A stretch of DNA of 64,000 bases from an uncultured Chloroflexia bacterium (GTDB lineage Bacteria; Chloroflexota; Anaerolineae; Anaerolineales; UBA4823), in the NCBI GenBank assembly GCA_963695415.1, contig CAVOGL010000005.1:8175-72174 (forward strand), given 5' to 3'. Positions 50,036 through 60,817 of this stretch are shown piece after piece. Both the position numbers and the translations under genes were made by a program. A model generated the notes under the pieces. That model did no database searches, had not been told where the DNA came from, and saw nothing but the letters and a program-made list of their open reading frames with translations. Every line of letters begins with the position of its first letter. The stretch's first letter is position 1.

Positions 50036-50926
50036 TTAAGACGTGAGAATATCGAGTTTTCCAGGCAGAACCGAATATTCGACTTTTCTCAATGCTTCAG
50101 ATCGGATTTCCCCATCCAGCTGGATTGGCGAATCGGTTTCAAACTCGATGGAAAGGCGTGTAGTATGGTGCTGGTGCACTGCCGGGTCATCTACGTAGGT
50201 GCCTGATATCGTGCGCGGAAGAAGAGCCAGCATTTTGCCTCGAGATGGGGCAAAAGCATGCACGAAGGTCAATTTTCCATCATCCGGAATCGCTGCCGGA
50301 GCCATGCGGAAAAGTCCCCCGGTGATGGCGCAGTTGCCTACAGATACCAATGAGACGGGTCCTTTGTATTCCCCATCGTCCCACGTGATGACTGCATTCC
50401 ACGAGGGACCTTGCCAGATGGCGCGCAATGCTGCCACCAAATAGCGCACTACTCCCTTCAAGCGCACCATGCGGATGTTATAAAGCGTCACCACGGGCTC
50501 GAGCCCCACCGCAGAATTATTATCGAACACCCAATCATTTGCCATGCCCAGGTCGATACGGCGCGTTTTCCCGGAGGCGATGGCTTCAGCAGCGGCTTTC
50601 AGTTCCAACGGCAGCCCCAGATTTACGGCAAGATCATTAGCAGTCCCCAGCGGCATAATCCCGACAGGACCCAGGATTCCATCGGGATTGTGCTTGTAGA
50701 GACCGTTCACTACCTCTCCGATAGCGCCATCCCCGCCTGCCGCGATCACCGGGAAACGCCCCTCCCTTGCCGCCTGTTCAGCTTTAAGGATGCCATCTCC
50801 GGGTCCAGAGGTCTCAACCATGTCGAACACGATGCCGGCAGCTTCCAGAGCGGAAGCAGCTTCAGGCCAGCGCTGGCGTGCTTTCCAACGGGCTGAATAC
50901 GGATTAAGAATAACGCGTGCAGTCAT
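50036..50926 (-). CDS. Diacylglycerol-kinase-family lipid kinase (YegS/BmrU type)
   Basis: VIAAGGDGAIGEVVNG and MPLGTANDLA motifs. Confidence 0.85.
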   Translation of the reverse strand: MTARVILNPYSARWKARQRWPEAASALEAAGIVFDMVETSGPGDGILKAEQAAREGRFPVIAAGGDGAIGEVVNGLYKHNPDGILGPVGIMPLGTANDLAVNLGLPLELKAAAEAIASGKTRRIDLGMANDWVFDNNSAVGLEPVVTLYNIRMVRLKGVVRYLVAALRAIWQGPSWNAVITWDDGEYKGPVSLVSVGNCAITGGLFRMAPAAIPDDGKLTFVHAFAPSRGKMLALLPRTISGTYVDDPAVHQHHTTRLSIEFETDSPIQLDGEIRSEALRKVEYSVLPGKLDILTS

Positions 50927-50944
50927 GATGATCCTCCATTACTT

Positions 50945-51973
50945 CTAGCCACTTACAGACAGGGATTCGCCTGTCTTAGCCGATTCGTATGCTTTGAACA
51001 CCAGTTTCATGGTCTCAAGGTTATCATCTCCCGTTGTCTCCGGAATCGATATCCCTTTCAACCCATTGAGCAGGTCCGCGTTGCAAGGCACAATGCTGGC
51101 ATGCACAATATCATAAGACGGATCAGCCCATGAGTACCGGTTTGGCGGTACCCGCCTGGAATATGTGCCGGAAGCGGTTGTTGATCTCAACCAATAATCT
51201 TTTTCCAATGCGATTGAACCCCTCTCGCCTTCAATGAAGATGAAAGTCTGTGGGAAAGCGTCATGCTCCAGATAGTTTTCCGCATACGCCATGTTGATCG
51301 TCACCATCGTCCCATCCAGCATGTTGAGGAAAATGGTGGCTACGTCTTCACCGGCAATGTCCGTATGGATTTTACGTGTCTGGCTATAGATCGAGGATGC
51401 CTCACCAAATAAAAACCGGGCAGTGTCGATCAGGTGGCTCCCCAGGTCCATGATGATGAAATGCTCCAGGGTCTTCAACAAGGGCTGGTTACTGAAAACA
51501 GGAAATCCGGAGACCATATCGATCCTGGCGCGGAATGGTTTCCCGATCCTTTGATCCTCCAGTTCTGCTTTTAGAGCGCGTATCGGCGCTTGCCAGCGCC
51601 AGTTTTCGTGCACATAAAAAGGTATGCCTGCCGTTATACAGGCTTTGACCATCGCTTCTGCAGTGGCAGGATCCGGCGCCATTGGTTTCTGGCAAATGAC
51701 AGGGACCTTGTGTTCCACCGCCAGCATAACCAGAGGCGCGTGGGCATCGATTTCTGTGATGATATCAACGAAATCGAGCTGTTCCGCTTCGAACAATTTT
51801 CTTGGGTCGTCGTAGACGGCAGGGACGCCGAAACGCACAGCAGTGGCTTTCGCCCTGGACAGGGTGCGGTTGTATACTGCGACAAGATCTACTCCCCCAA
51901 CCTCATTCCAGGCAGAGATCTGGAACTGAGACCAGAATCCGGTTCCCAGTACTGCATAGCGCAAATTCTTCAT
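50945..51973 (-). CDS. Gfo/Idh/MocA family oxidoreductase
   Basis: LRYAVLGTGFWSQFQISAW N-terminal Rossmann fold, and VICQKPMA. Confidence 0.85.
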   Translation of the reverse strand: MKNLRYAVLGTGFWSQFQISAWNEVGGVDLVAVYNRTLSRAKATAVRFGVPAVYDDPRKLFEAEQLDFVDIITEIDAHAPLVMLAVEHKVPVICQKPMAPDPATAEAMVKACITAGIPFYVHENWRWQAPIRALKAELEDQRIGKPFRARIDMVSGFPVFSNQPLLKTLEHFIIMDLGSHLIDTARFLFGEASSIYSQTRKIHTDIAGEDVATIFLNMLDGTMVTINMAYAENYLEHDAFPQTFIFIEGERGSIALEKDYWLRSTTASGTYSRRVPPNRYSWADPSYDIVHASIVPCNADLLNGLKGISIPETTGDDNLETMKLVFKAYESAKTGESLSVSG

Positions 51974-51995
51974 TGAAAAGGATATTCCTCAGGTT

Positions 51996-53357
51996 TCATA
52001 GATGCGGTAAGTTGAACGTGTCGCCAGTGCAATGAATCCACTCTGCGAGGCGGTCATTCAACCGTTTCCTCTCCAGGTGGAATCTTGTGTTGTGTGCCAG
52101 GTTTGCCTGCTCGTAAGGATCTTCATTTAAATTAAACAACATCCATGGCTGACCTTCCAGGCACACGTACTTCCAACCATCCGTTGTAACCAGGCCTCGC
52201 CAGGGACGGTCGATGCTGTCATGGTGGTGGGTGGGCACTACAATCTGCAAGTAGGCTGAGTCAGGAGGCTGAACCGGGTCTGCCTGCTTGAGCCTGAATC
52301 CTGAATAATCGAATCCCTGCATCCATTCCGGCACAGCTATACCACACAAACCTAATGAAGTTGGGGCTATGTCAACGTGGTTCACCAGGAGCGGCAAACT
52401 GCCTGTCTTGTGTTTGTACATAGTTTCCATCCCGGAGATAATGAACGGAACGCGCATGCTCTCTTCCCAGGGTGATGTCTTCAGGAATTGACCGTGTGAA
52501 CCATGCATATCACCGTGGTCCGAAAAGAAAATTATGTGGGTGTTCTCGGAAAACTCCAACCGGTCCAACGCCTGAATAATTCTGCCAACGTTCCAATCCA
52601 GGTTTTCGATCTGGGCGTAATAACCCGCAAGCTCGCGGCGTGCGCGCTCAACCACACTGGGAATGCTGGGAACATTGGGACGGAGCTCGATTTTTCCAGG
52701 CGTATGTCGCTGCATCCATGCTTCCGGTGCCGCATATGGATTGTGCGGCGGCTGTACGGAGAGAACGGCAAAAAAAGGCTTTGCGTTACCCAGGGCTTTA
52801 TGTTGGGCATATTCTTCCAACTGGTCGATCATGAGATCGGTAAGCGCATCCGTTTCATATCCTGGGAGACGGTAATGAAATGCATCTGACCCCTCCCCAC
52901 CATGCACCCAGGTATCCCATTGGCTGTTGTTGTTTTCATACCCGGTCCAGCGTTCGAATCCACCGCGCCGGTCGGGTGGGATGATGTGAAAAGCCGCTCT
53001 TCCTTCCTTTTCTTTAAATCCTCCCAGGTGCCATTTACCAAAATAACTGGTCCGATAGCCATTCTCATTGAACACATCGGCGATGGTTTTTTGACCCGGC
53101 GGCAATGCATGCTCATGCCCTGGAACCGTCAGGTGAGGGTATCGCCCGCTCAATAATGCTCCGCGATAAGGACAGCATAACGGTGATCCAGAGACCGCCG
53201 CAGTGGAACACAATCCCATCTGTGCCATGCGGTCCAGGTTGGGTGTGTGTACGTTCACATCGCCCATCCAACCCAACGCCTGGGCGCGCTGCTGGTCCGA
53301 GAATATCCAGATGATGTTTGGTCTTTCCTGTTCAGGTTCTGCAAATCTGTCAGACAT
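51996..53357 (-). CDS. Sulfatase (Cys-type)
   Basis: PNIIWIFSDQQR and SPLCCPYRGALLSGRYPH (CxPxR). Confidence 0.9.
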   Translation of the reverse strand: MSDRFAEPEQERPNIIWIFSDQQRAQALGWMGDVNVHTPNLDRMAQMGLCSTAAVSGSPLCCPYRGALLSGRYPHLTVPGHEHALPPGQKTIADVFNENGYRTSYFGKWHLGGFKEKEGRAAFHIIPPDRRGGFERWTGYENNNSQWDTWVHGGEGSDAFHYRLPGYETDALTDLMIDQLEEYAQHKALGNAKPFFAVLSVQPPHNPYAAPEAWMQRHTPGKIELRPNVPSIPSVVERARRELAGYYAQIENLDWNVGRIIQALDRLEFSENTHIIFFSDHGDMHGSHGQFLKTSPWEESMRVPFIISGMETMYKHKTGSLPLLVNHVDIAPTSLGLCGIAVPEWMQGFDYSGFRLKQADPVQPPDSAYLQIVVPTHHHDSIDRPWRGLVTTDGWKYVCLEGQPWMLFNLNEDPYEQANLAHNTRFHLERKRLNDRLAEWIHCTGDTFNLPHL

Positions 53358-55434
53358 GCAGGATCATCGCTCCTGATTCAGCAAGCCAATCACCATCCTC
53401 GGGCTGCCTGCCACCAACGAAAAGACGTCCGCTCCCCGGCTGGATATTAGCTTCATTGTTCAGGATGGGCACAATTAAGGATTCTACCGTACCCGCTTTT
53501 ATAGGCACCCGCATGAAACCAACCAGTTCATGACGCGGCTCAGATTCTGGAGCATCAAAAGCCTGGTAATAAACCTGCACCACCTCATCACCATCACGAT
53601 CCCCCAGGTTTTTTACGGTCACACGCACAGACAACTGGCTGCTTTCCCAAACCACCTCCCCTTGATCATATGCGAAATGAGTGTACGACAAACCCCAGCC
53701 GAATGGGAAACTGACCTCACCGTCAAAATAACGGTATGTTCGACCGGTCATGGCATAGTCCTTGAAGGGTGGGAGATCTTCCACAGATCTGTAGAAGGTC
53801 ACAGGCAGCCTGCCAGCCGGGTTTGTGTCGCCAAACAAAACTTCGGCAAGGGCAGTGCCTCCGCTCTGACCGGGATACCAGGCTTCCACGATGGCAGGGA
53901 TGTTCTCTTTTTCCCATTCTAAGGAAATTGGGCTGCCATTAACCAACACGAGAATAATCGGTTTTCCGGTATCATGCAGTGCATGTAAAATCTCCGCCTG
54001 GGCAGTCGGGAGACCAAGCCCTTCCCTGTCTCCCTGGCTGCGCGAGCCGGCTGAGACGCCTTCCTCCTGCCCTTCTTCCCCTTCCAGAAGCTGGCTGATA
54101 CCGCCAACAAAGATGACCACATCCGACGCCTCTGCCAGGTTCACAGCCCTTGCCAGGGCACCCGGATTTCGCTCCAGCAGACCGCACCCAGGCGCATACT
54201 CCACGCTTTTCCCTGCCCCAGCCCGTTTCAAAATGCCGTAAAAGGGTGTCACGATTTGAGATGGGAAGCCATTGTAATTGCTCAATAAAACGGTGGGATC
54301 ATCGGCGTTGGGACCAATAACCGCAATGCGGTGTATGGTACCGGAAAGGGGTAAGAGAGCGCGCTCATTCTTCAGTAAAACAATGGACTGCCTGGCTGCT
54401 TCCAGTGCCAGCGCCTGGTGTTCGGATGAGTCGACCACTTCCAGTGGTATGGATGCATAAGGAACCCGATCCTGCGGGTCGAACATCCCCAGGCGGAATC
54501 GAGCCCGGAACAGACGCCTGACTGCATGGTTAATATCCTCCTCGGTCAACAACCCACGTTCGACGGCTTCCAGTAAAGCTGAATAAGCGCTGCCGCATTC
54601 GAGGTCACAGCCTGCCTTGACCGCCATCGCAGAGGCTTCGGCCGCATCCGCAGCGACTTTATGACCGGTGAAGATATCAGAAACGGCACCGCAGTCCGAA
54701 ACAACATATCCATCGAAACCCCATTCATCGCGCAGGATCTTCTGCAGCAAGGTGGGGCTGGCGCAGCATGGTTCGCCGTTTGTGCGGTTATATGCGCCCA
54801 TGATCGATTCGGCTTTTGCTTCCTGGATGCAGGCTTTGAAAGCGGGCAGATAGGTGCGCTGCATATCTTCCTCGCTGGCAATGGCATCGAAATGGTGCCG
54901 GTCGTGCTCGGGTCCGCTGTGCACGGCATAGTGCTTCGGGGTTGCAGCCACTTTCAGGTACCTGGGATGGTCGCCCTGTAATCCGGTGACAAAAGCAACA
55001 CCGATCCTGCTGGTCAGGAAAGGGTCTTCGCCGTAAGTTTCCTGCCCTCGACCCCAGCGCGGGTCGCGGAATATATTGATATTGGGCGTCCAGAAGGTTA
55101 AGCCCCAATACCAGTCATACCGCTCCTGTTGGATGGCAGTGTGGTATTTTGCCCTGGCTTCGTCCGATATCGCAGCCGCTACCTGGTGAATGAGATCGGT
55201 GTTCCAGGTCGCCCCAAGACCGATCGCTTGCGGGAAAACGGTTGCCAGCCCAGCCCTGCCAACGCCATGCAAACATTCGTTCCACCAGTTGTAAGCGGGA
55301 ATACCCAGCCTGGGTATGGCTGGCGCGTCGAAAACCATTTGCCGGGTTTTCTCCTCCAACGTCATCTGAGAAAGCAAATCATCCAGCCTCTTTTCGAGAG
55401 GTGCATCAGGATCAAGATAATGTTTTTGATTCAT
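53350..55434 (-). CDS. Glycoside hydrolase family 3 (beta-glucosidase/xylosidase, BglX-like)
   Basis: MNQKHYLDPDAPLEKRLDDLLSQMTLEEK, WGFDGYVVSDCGA, and a C-terminal Fn3-like part. Overlaps the sulfatase start by 8 nt. Confidence 0.9.
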   Translation of the reverse strand: MNQKHYLDPDAPLEKRLDDLLSQMTLEEKTRQMVFDAPAIPRLGIPAYNWWNECLHGVGRAGLATVFPQAIGLGATWNTDLIHQVAAAISDEARAKYHTAIQQERYDWYWGLTFWTPNINIFRDPRWGRGQETYGEDPFLTSRIGVAFVTGLQGDHPRYLKVAATPKHYAVHSGPEHDRHHFDAIASEEDMQRTYLPAFKACIQEAKAESIMGAYNRTNGEPCCASPTLLQKILRDEWGFDGYVVSDCGAVSDIFTGHKVAADAAEASAMAVKAGCDLECGSAYSALLEAVERGLLTEEDINHAVRRLFRARFRLGMFDPQDRVPYASIPLEVVDSSEHQALALEAARQSIVLLKNERALLPLSGTIHRIAVIGPNADDPTVLLSNYNGFPSQIVTPFYGILKRAGAGKSVEYAPGCGLLERNPGALARAVNLAEASDVVIFVGGISQLLEGEEGQEEGVSAGSRSQGDREGLGLPTAQAEILHALHDTGKPIILVLVNGSPISLEWEKENIPAIVEAWYPGQSGGTALAEVLFGDTNPAGRLPVTFYRSVEDLPPFKDYAMTGRTYRYFDGEVSFPFGWGLSYTHFAYDQGEVVWESSQLSVRVTVKNLGDRDGDEVVQVYYQAFDAPESEPRHELVGFMRVPIKAGTVESLIVPILNNEANIQPGSGRLFVGGRQPEDGDWLAESGAMILHV

Positions 55435-55523
55435 GGGGCATCCTTTTAAAATAAAGAACTGGATGATTATAACCACAAAATCCTGCGGTCGTCACCATCC
55501 AGTTCTGATTTAAACCTGGTAGA

Positions 55524-57113
55524 TCAGTTTCCAGCTCCCTCCACATAAACCGGGGATACGCCAATCGTCATCGTCTTGCTGGCGGAGATTGTGTTTCCTT
55601 TCCAGTTGTAAGCCTTCGTTGGGGTATTCGGGAAAGTATAACTATGGTTATTGCCATCCTTCGACCACAGCACCCACACGGTTCCCTTGGATACCGTATT
55701 GATCTTGTATATATGAAAGTCACTATGTGAGAGGTAAGAACCTCCGGTTGTGTTGCCCAACTCCTGCGTGATGAATTTCATGGCGTCATAAGCAGCGTAT
55801 TTTCTGGTGGCGCAGCCATTATTGTCACATAACCCGTTGTAGCGCCAGGAATCGTACATGGTATACCAGATCGCAGCATCCAGATTACTTTCAATGGCTG
55901 CGGCGTAAGCAGCTATCAGGTAGTAAGCCTTGGTGTTTTGGAAATTCGAGTCTAACTTAGGATCGGTAGGGCAGTTTGGATCACAACCCCAAATCAAGCC
56001 AATTTCCGTTGCCATCACAGGCTTGCTCCCTGCGCCATACTGGTTAAGCACACTCTTCAAGTAATCGGCTCTGGGGGTGATGCTCGGACCGGTGTATCGG
56101 TCGACATTCCAGTTGGTGTTCCCGTAACTGATAGAACCGGGGTAATAGTAATCATAGGCATGGAATGCGACAATGTCGAAATAATTCTTACCACCGTCCT
56201 CCAGGATTCCCTGCAGGTATTGGGAACCACGACAGTCTTTACCCGAAGGTGGGTTATTCGGATCGCAAACCATCAATAATCCACCGATCATCACCTTAAC
56301 GTTCGAATTAGCTTCCTTCATTTTGGGGTAGACTGCCTTGAGTACCTTGGAAAAATACTTGCCATTGAAATAGGGATCGGAGGGGTTCCAGTTGAACTCC
56401 TCGCTGCTGCCCCAGCAGCCAAAATTCACCTCGGAATTATCCATTACGGGGGCATCAGGCTCATTCCAGATCTCATAATACATGACGTTATACGGAGGTT
56501 TACTGTAACGCGCCACCGCATCCTTCATGAAGTTTGCAAAAGCAGTGATCTTTGTGTCTTTGATCGGTCCACAGTGGCTGCCAGAAAATTGCCGCGCCCA
56601 GGATGGATTGTAGCGGATGATAAGCACAATATTCTTGCCTTTTTCAGAAGCGAACTTAAATTCAGCTTCCATAGAGGCAACATTGCCCCAATTCCTGGCG
56701 CCTTCACTGGTTTCAACTTCCCCCCACTTTAACGCATTCCTGCGCAGCCAGAGCGGGTTCAACGGTAGGATATCGCTGTTCATGTTGGTATCGTTGCCGA
56801 AAAACCAGTTCTCTACTCCGAACAAATACTTGCTTCCGGACGGAGTTGCGGTAGCTGTAGGTGAGGGAGTGTTTGTGGGAGTAGATGTTTTTGTAGGTGT
56901 AGGAGTATTTGTGGGAGTAGGAGTTGGGGTAAATATTGGGTTCAGAGCCAGGGGGATAAACGCTTGTTTTTGTTTTGTAGCATCCTGAGAATATGGAGCT
57001 GCTTCATTTTTTGTACCCCCATCATCCGCGTAGCTGGGACTGAAACCGGAAAAGATTTGGATAACAATAAACAGAATCGCGGTTAAGACGACAAATATTT
57101 TGGTATTTTTCAT
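55524..57113 (-). CDS. Secreted clan GH-A glycoside hydrolase (GH5/GH39-like) with Pro/Thr linker
   Basis: Signal anchor MKNTKIFVVLTAILFIVIQIF, linker TPTPTPTNTPTPTKTSTPTNTPSPTATATP, YYEIWNEPD (acid/base) and VMATEIG (nucleophile). Confidence 0.7.
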   Translation of the reverse strand: MKNTKIFVVLTAILFIVIQIFSGFSPSYADDGGTKNEAAPYSQDATKQKQAFIPLALNPIFTPTPTPTNTPTPTKTSTPTNTPSPTATATPSGSKYLFGVENWFFGNDTNMNSDILPLNPLWLRRNALKWGEVETSEGARNWGNVASMEAEFKFASEKGKNIVLIIRYNPSWARQFSGSHCGPIKDTKITAFANFMKDAVARYSKPPYNVMYYEIWNEPDAPVMDNSEVNFGCWGSSEEFNWNPSDPYFNGKYFSKVLKAVYPKMKEANSNVKVMIGGLLMVCDPNNPPSGKDCRGSQYLQGILEDGGKNYFDIVAFHAYDYYYPGSISYGNTNWNVDRYTGPSITPRADYLKSVLNQYGAGSKPVMATEIGLIWGCDPNCPTDPKLDSNFQNTKAYYLIAAYAAAIESNLDAAIWYTMYDSWRYNGLCDNNGCATRKYAAYDAMKFITQELGNTTGGSYLSHSDFHIYKINTVSKGTVWVLWSKDGNNHSYTFPNTPTKAYNWKGNTISASKTMTIGVSPVYVEGAGN

Positions 57114-57422
57114 GAGACAATTTTCCTAAGGGTAGTTGGTAGCATTAAATAGTAAAAGGGACCTTTTGCAGGTTTTTATTGTGTTCGACGGAACTTTGAT
57201 ATTCTATACCAAAATTGCGGTATCCTGATTTTCTTAATAAATTTGAAAATTCTAAACTATTAAAGACAGCTTAAAAATACGGATTTGGGCAGGAGCGGTC
57301 TCTTTGCCGATATAGCGCGGTATAATTAAGTGTTACGGATTTCGAATTACCTGCCGCTGGACCGCAGAGAAAATTAACCAAAAATCACCTGGTTTCTCTA
57401 CAGGTGTCATCAAGAGGCGTGA

Positions 57423-59888
57423 ATGGATATCGGTACGATCCAACAGGTTGACATCAACGAACAAATGCGGGATGCATATCTCGACTATGCAATGAGCACC
57501 ATTGTGGCACGGGCGCTGCCAGATCCGCGTGACGGGCTCAAACCTGTCCACAGGCGCATCTTATTCGCCATGCATGATATGGGCATCCGTGCGAACTCCT
57601 CATACAAAAAATCAGCCAGGATCGTGGGTGAGGTACTGGGTAAATACCACCCCCACTCCGACCAGGCTGTATATGATGCCATGGCAAGGTTGGCGCAGAC
57701 ATTCTCCATGCGCTACCCACTGGTGGATGGTCAGGGCAACTTTGGGTCGGTTGATGGTGACGCGCCAGCCGCCATGCGCTATACCGAGGCAAGGCTGGAC
57801 CGGCGTGCAGAAGAACTACTCGCCAATATCGACCAGGACACGGTCGATTTCACTGATAACTTCGATGGCTCGCTCCAGGAGCCACTCGTCCTGCCATCGC
57901 GCTTACCGAACCTGCTGCTCAACGGGTCATCCGGGATCGCGGTGGGTATGGCGACAAACATACCTCCACATAACCTGAGAGAACTGATCAGCGGTATTAA
58001 TTACGTCATCGACCATTGGGACTCACTGGATGACGTGACCGTGGAAGAATTGATCCAGCACATCCCGGGTCCCGACTTCCCCACCGGGGGCATGATCGTG
58101 GGTGATGAAGGCATCATCCAGGCTTACGGCACCGGGAGGGGCAAAATCACTCTGCGCGGGATTGCCAATATCGAGGAGATGGCTGGCAACCGCTACCGCA
58201 TCGTAGTGACAGAAATCCCTTACCAGTTGAACAAATCAAGCCTGGTCGAGAGGATCGCCGAGCTGGTGAGGTCCGGGCGTCTGGATGACATCGCCGACCT
58301 GCGTGATGAATCAGACCGGCGCGGCATGAGCATCATCATAGAACTGCGGCGTTCCGCCCAGCCCAAAAAGGTGCTCAACCAGCTGTTTAAATATACACCG
58401 CTGCAATCCACATTCAGTGTCCAACTGCTGGCTCTGGTCGATAACGAACCGCGCCTGTTGTCGTTGAAACGCTCACTCCAGGTGTTTGTCGAACACCGCC
58501 AGGTTGTGGTCACGCGCCGTTCCCAGTTCGAGCTGGAAAAAGCCAGGCAACGGGCACACATCCTGGATGGTCTGCTGATCGCCCTGTCAAACCTGGATGC
58601 AGTCATTGAAACCATCCGCAGGTCTGAAGATGTAGATACTGCGCGAGCAAGATTGATCGAGCGCTTTGGTCTGAGCGAGGTCCAGGCGAACGCCATCCTG
58701 GATATGCAGCTGCGCAGGCTGGCAGCCCTTGAAAGGCAAAAAATCGAAGATGAACACCGCCAGGTTCTCGAAAGGATCGCGTACCTGGCAGACTTGCTGG
58801 CAAGTGAGCAGAAAATTCTCGACATGATCAAAGAAGACTTAGTTGAAATTGGTGAAAAATATGGGGATGATCGCCGCACTATGATAGCCCCCAGGGCGAG
58901 TGATGAATTTCGTGAAGAAGATCTGGTGCGTGATGAACCTGTGCTCATCAGTATTACCGAACGCGGTTATGTAAAACGCGTCCCCGTTAAGGCATTCCGC
59001 ACGCAGGCACACGGCGGGCGCGGCGTGACCGGGCACACCACCAAAGATGAAGACGAGATGCTGATCCTCTTCCACGCGCGCACACTTGACACGATTTTGT
59101 TCTTCTCCGACCGGGGGAAGGTCTATTCCGAAAAGGTTTATCATATACCCGATGCTGAGCGCACCGGCAAAGGAGTGCCCATCGTAAACGTACTTGCCAT
59201 GGGACCCAATGAAAAGGTGACCGCAGCTGTGGCTGTACCCCAGTTCTCACCAGACCACTACTGCATCCTGGCAACCCGAAAGGGTCGGATCAAGCGACTG
59301 CCTTTATCTGAACTCGCATCCGTACGCCCATCCGGCATCATCGCCATCAGCCTGGATGAAGACGATGAAATGGGCTGGGCGAGGCTGACAGACGGCAGCA
59401 ACGAAATTATCCTGGTAACCGAAAAAGGTCAGGCGCTGCGCTACTCCGAGCAATTAGTGCGCCCAATGGGACGCACAGCGTTAGGCGTGACTGCCATCCG
59501 CTTCGCCAAGGATGATGCTGTAACCGCCATGGAAGTAATCGAAGAAGACGGTTACTTGATGTTGGTCACTGAAAAGGGCTACGGCAAACGCACACCTCTC
59601 GATGAATACACGCCTAAAGGCAGAGGCACCAAGGGCATCTTGACTATTGATAAAAAATCTTTTTCCAAAACCGGCAGGATTTCATCCGCACGTGTTGTCC
59701 AGGACGGCGATGATTTAACACTGATGTCTGCCAACGGAATCGTGCTGCGCACGAAAGTCCATGCCATCAACATCCAGAGCCGGGTCACTCGCGGTGCATT
59801 GATGATAAATCTGGGAGAAGAGGATGTATTGGTGACACTGGCACGCATCTCAAAACTGGATACCGCCATCGTAGAGGAAGATCGTTAA
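57423..59888 (+). CDS. gyrA: DNA gyrase subunit A
   Basis: [37 protein letters not shown] (active-site Tyr), and C-terminal beta-pinwheel repeats. 821 aa. Confidence 0.97.
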   Translation: MDIGTIQQVDINEQMRDAYLDYAMSTIVARALPDPRDGLKPVHRRILFAMHDMGIRANSSYKKSARIVGEVLGKYHPHSDQAVYDAMARLAQTFSMRYPLVDGQGNFGSVDGDAPAAMRYTEARLDRRAEELLANIDQDTVDFTDNFDGSLQEPLVLPSRLPNLLLNGSSGIAVGMATNIPPHNLRELISGINYVIDHWDSLDDVTVEELIQHIPGPDFPTGGMIVGDEGIIQAYGTGRGKITLRGIANIEEMAGNRYRIVVTEIPYQLNKSSLVERIAELVRSGRLDDIADLRDESDRRGMSIIIELRRSAQPKKVLNQLFKYTPLQSTFSVQLLALVDNEPRLLSLKRSLQVFVEHRQVVVTRRSQFELEKARQRAHILDGLLIALSNLDAVIETIRRSEDVDTARARLIERFGLSEVQANAILDMQLRRLAALERQKIEDEHRQVLERIAYLADLLASEQKILDMIKEDLVEIGEKYGDDRRTMIAPRASDEFREEDLVRDEPVLISITERGYVKRVPVKAFRTQAHGGRGVTGHTTKDEDEMLILFHARTLDTILFFSDRGKVYSEKVYHIPDAERTGKGVPIVNVLAMGPNEKVTAAVAVPQFSPDHYCILATRKGRIKRLPLSELASVRPSGIIAISLDEDDEMGWARLTDGSNEIILVTEKGQALRYSEQLVRPMGRTALGVTAIRFAKDDAVTAMEVIEEDGYLMLVTEKGYGKRTPLDEYTPKGRGTKGILTIDKKSFSKTGRISSARVVQDGDDLTLMSANGIVLRTKVHAINIQSRVTRGALMINLGEEDVLVTLARISKLDTAIVEEDR

Positions 59889-60679
59889 CAGCCGGAGTCA
59901 ACGGGAGAACGTCTCAAACTCACCTCGCCGCCTGAAAGACAGATAACCCCTTCAGATTCTGTATCGAGCATCAACTCTCCCTGATGGTTTATGCCTATGA
60001 CCTGACCGGTGTGGGTCACTTTGCCATCCACATCGAAGATAGTTACGATTTCACCTTTCAAGGCGAGGTGTTTATCCCACATTTTCACAATTTCAGGCGA
60101 AGTAATGACCGCCATCAGCCCGACTGCGTGCCCAACGATCGAACTCAGCAGGTTAACACGGTCGACATGATCCTGACTGAATGCTTCGAGATATCCAGCA
60201 GGATATGCAAGGTGTTCACCTTTTGGGATTGATTCTCCCGTGACATTCACCCCAATCCCAATGAGGACAGCAATCAAGCGATCCCCCTCCCAAATTGCCT
60301 CTGCAAGCACCCCAGCTGCCTTCAGTCCATTGATGAGAACATCATTGGGCCATTTGATTTGCGCTTCGATGCTCAATATCTCATCGATCGCCCGGCAGAC
60401 TGCCAGAGCTCCAAGCACGGTGTAGACAGAAGAGAAGTTCGCGGTCTCCGGTCGCAGGATTAGCGTGAATGCCAGGGCTGAATCCTTTGGCGTAAACCAG
60501 CGCCTCGCCCTCCTTCCTCGACCTGCTGTCTGTTCATTTGCCAACACCAGCGAGAAATTTTCTGCTCCCTCACCCACCCAATCGCTGGCTGCGTCATTGG
60601 TGGACGAAATGCTTTCGTAATACCTGACCGAGGAGACCGGCAAGTGTTTCAAGCTGGCGTAGACATCCGCTTCATTCAT
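59885..60679 (-). CDS. birA: Biotin-[acetyl-CoA-carboxylase] ligase (group I, no HTH)
   Basis: [12 protein letters not shown] motif. 264 aa. Convergent with gyrA, with a 4-nt overlap. Confidence 0.85.
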   Translation of the reverse strand: MNEADVYASLKHLPVSSVRYYESISSTNDAASDWVGEGAENFSLVLANEQTAGRGRRARRWFTPKDSALAFTLILRPETANFSSVYTVLGALAVCRAIDEILSIEAQIKWPNDVLINGLKAAGVLAEAIWEGDRLIAVLIGIGVNVTGESIPKGEHLAYPAGYLEAFSQDHVDRVNLLSSIVGHAVGLMAVITSPEIVKMWDKHLALKGEIVTIFDVDGKVTHTGQVIGINHQGELMLDTESEGVICLSGGEVSLRRSPVDSGC

Positions 60680-60817
60680 CTAACAGCGATTTTACCGGAA
60701 ATTTCTCTATTACCTGGGATGGACCTTCAATCTTTTACTTCATCTGGTATCATCGTGCCTCAATAAATTATCTTCTTACGGCATGAAATCGGACAGTTCC
60801 TGAGAATCCTTCATGGA

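Noticed and set aside
60680-60817. SAM or T-box riboswitch upstream of metY, and an S2 leader upstream of rpsB (62150-62381)
   Set aside because: No SAM-I/II core or T-box sequence is recognisable. Upstream of rpsB there is only a simple hairpin (GTGTCCA...TGGACAC at about 62233-62263), which is not enough to call a regulatory RNA.
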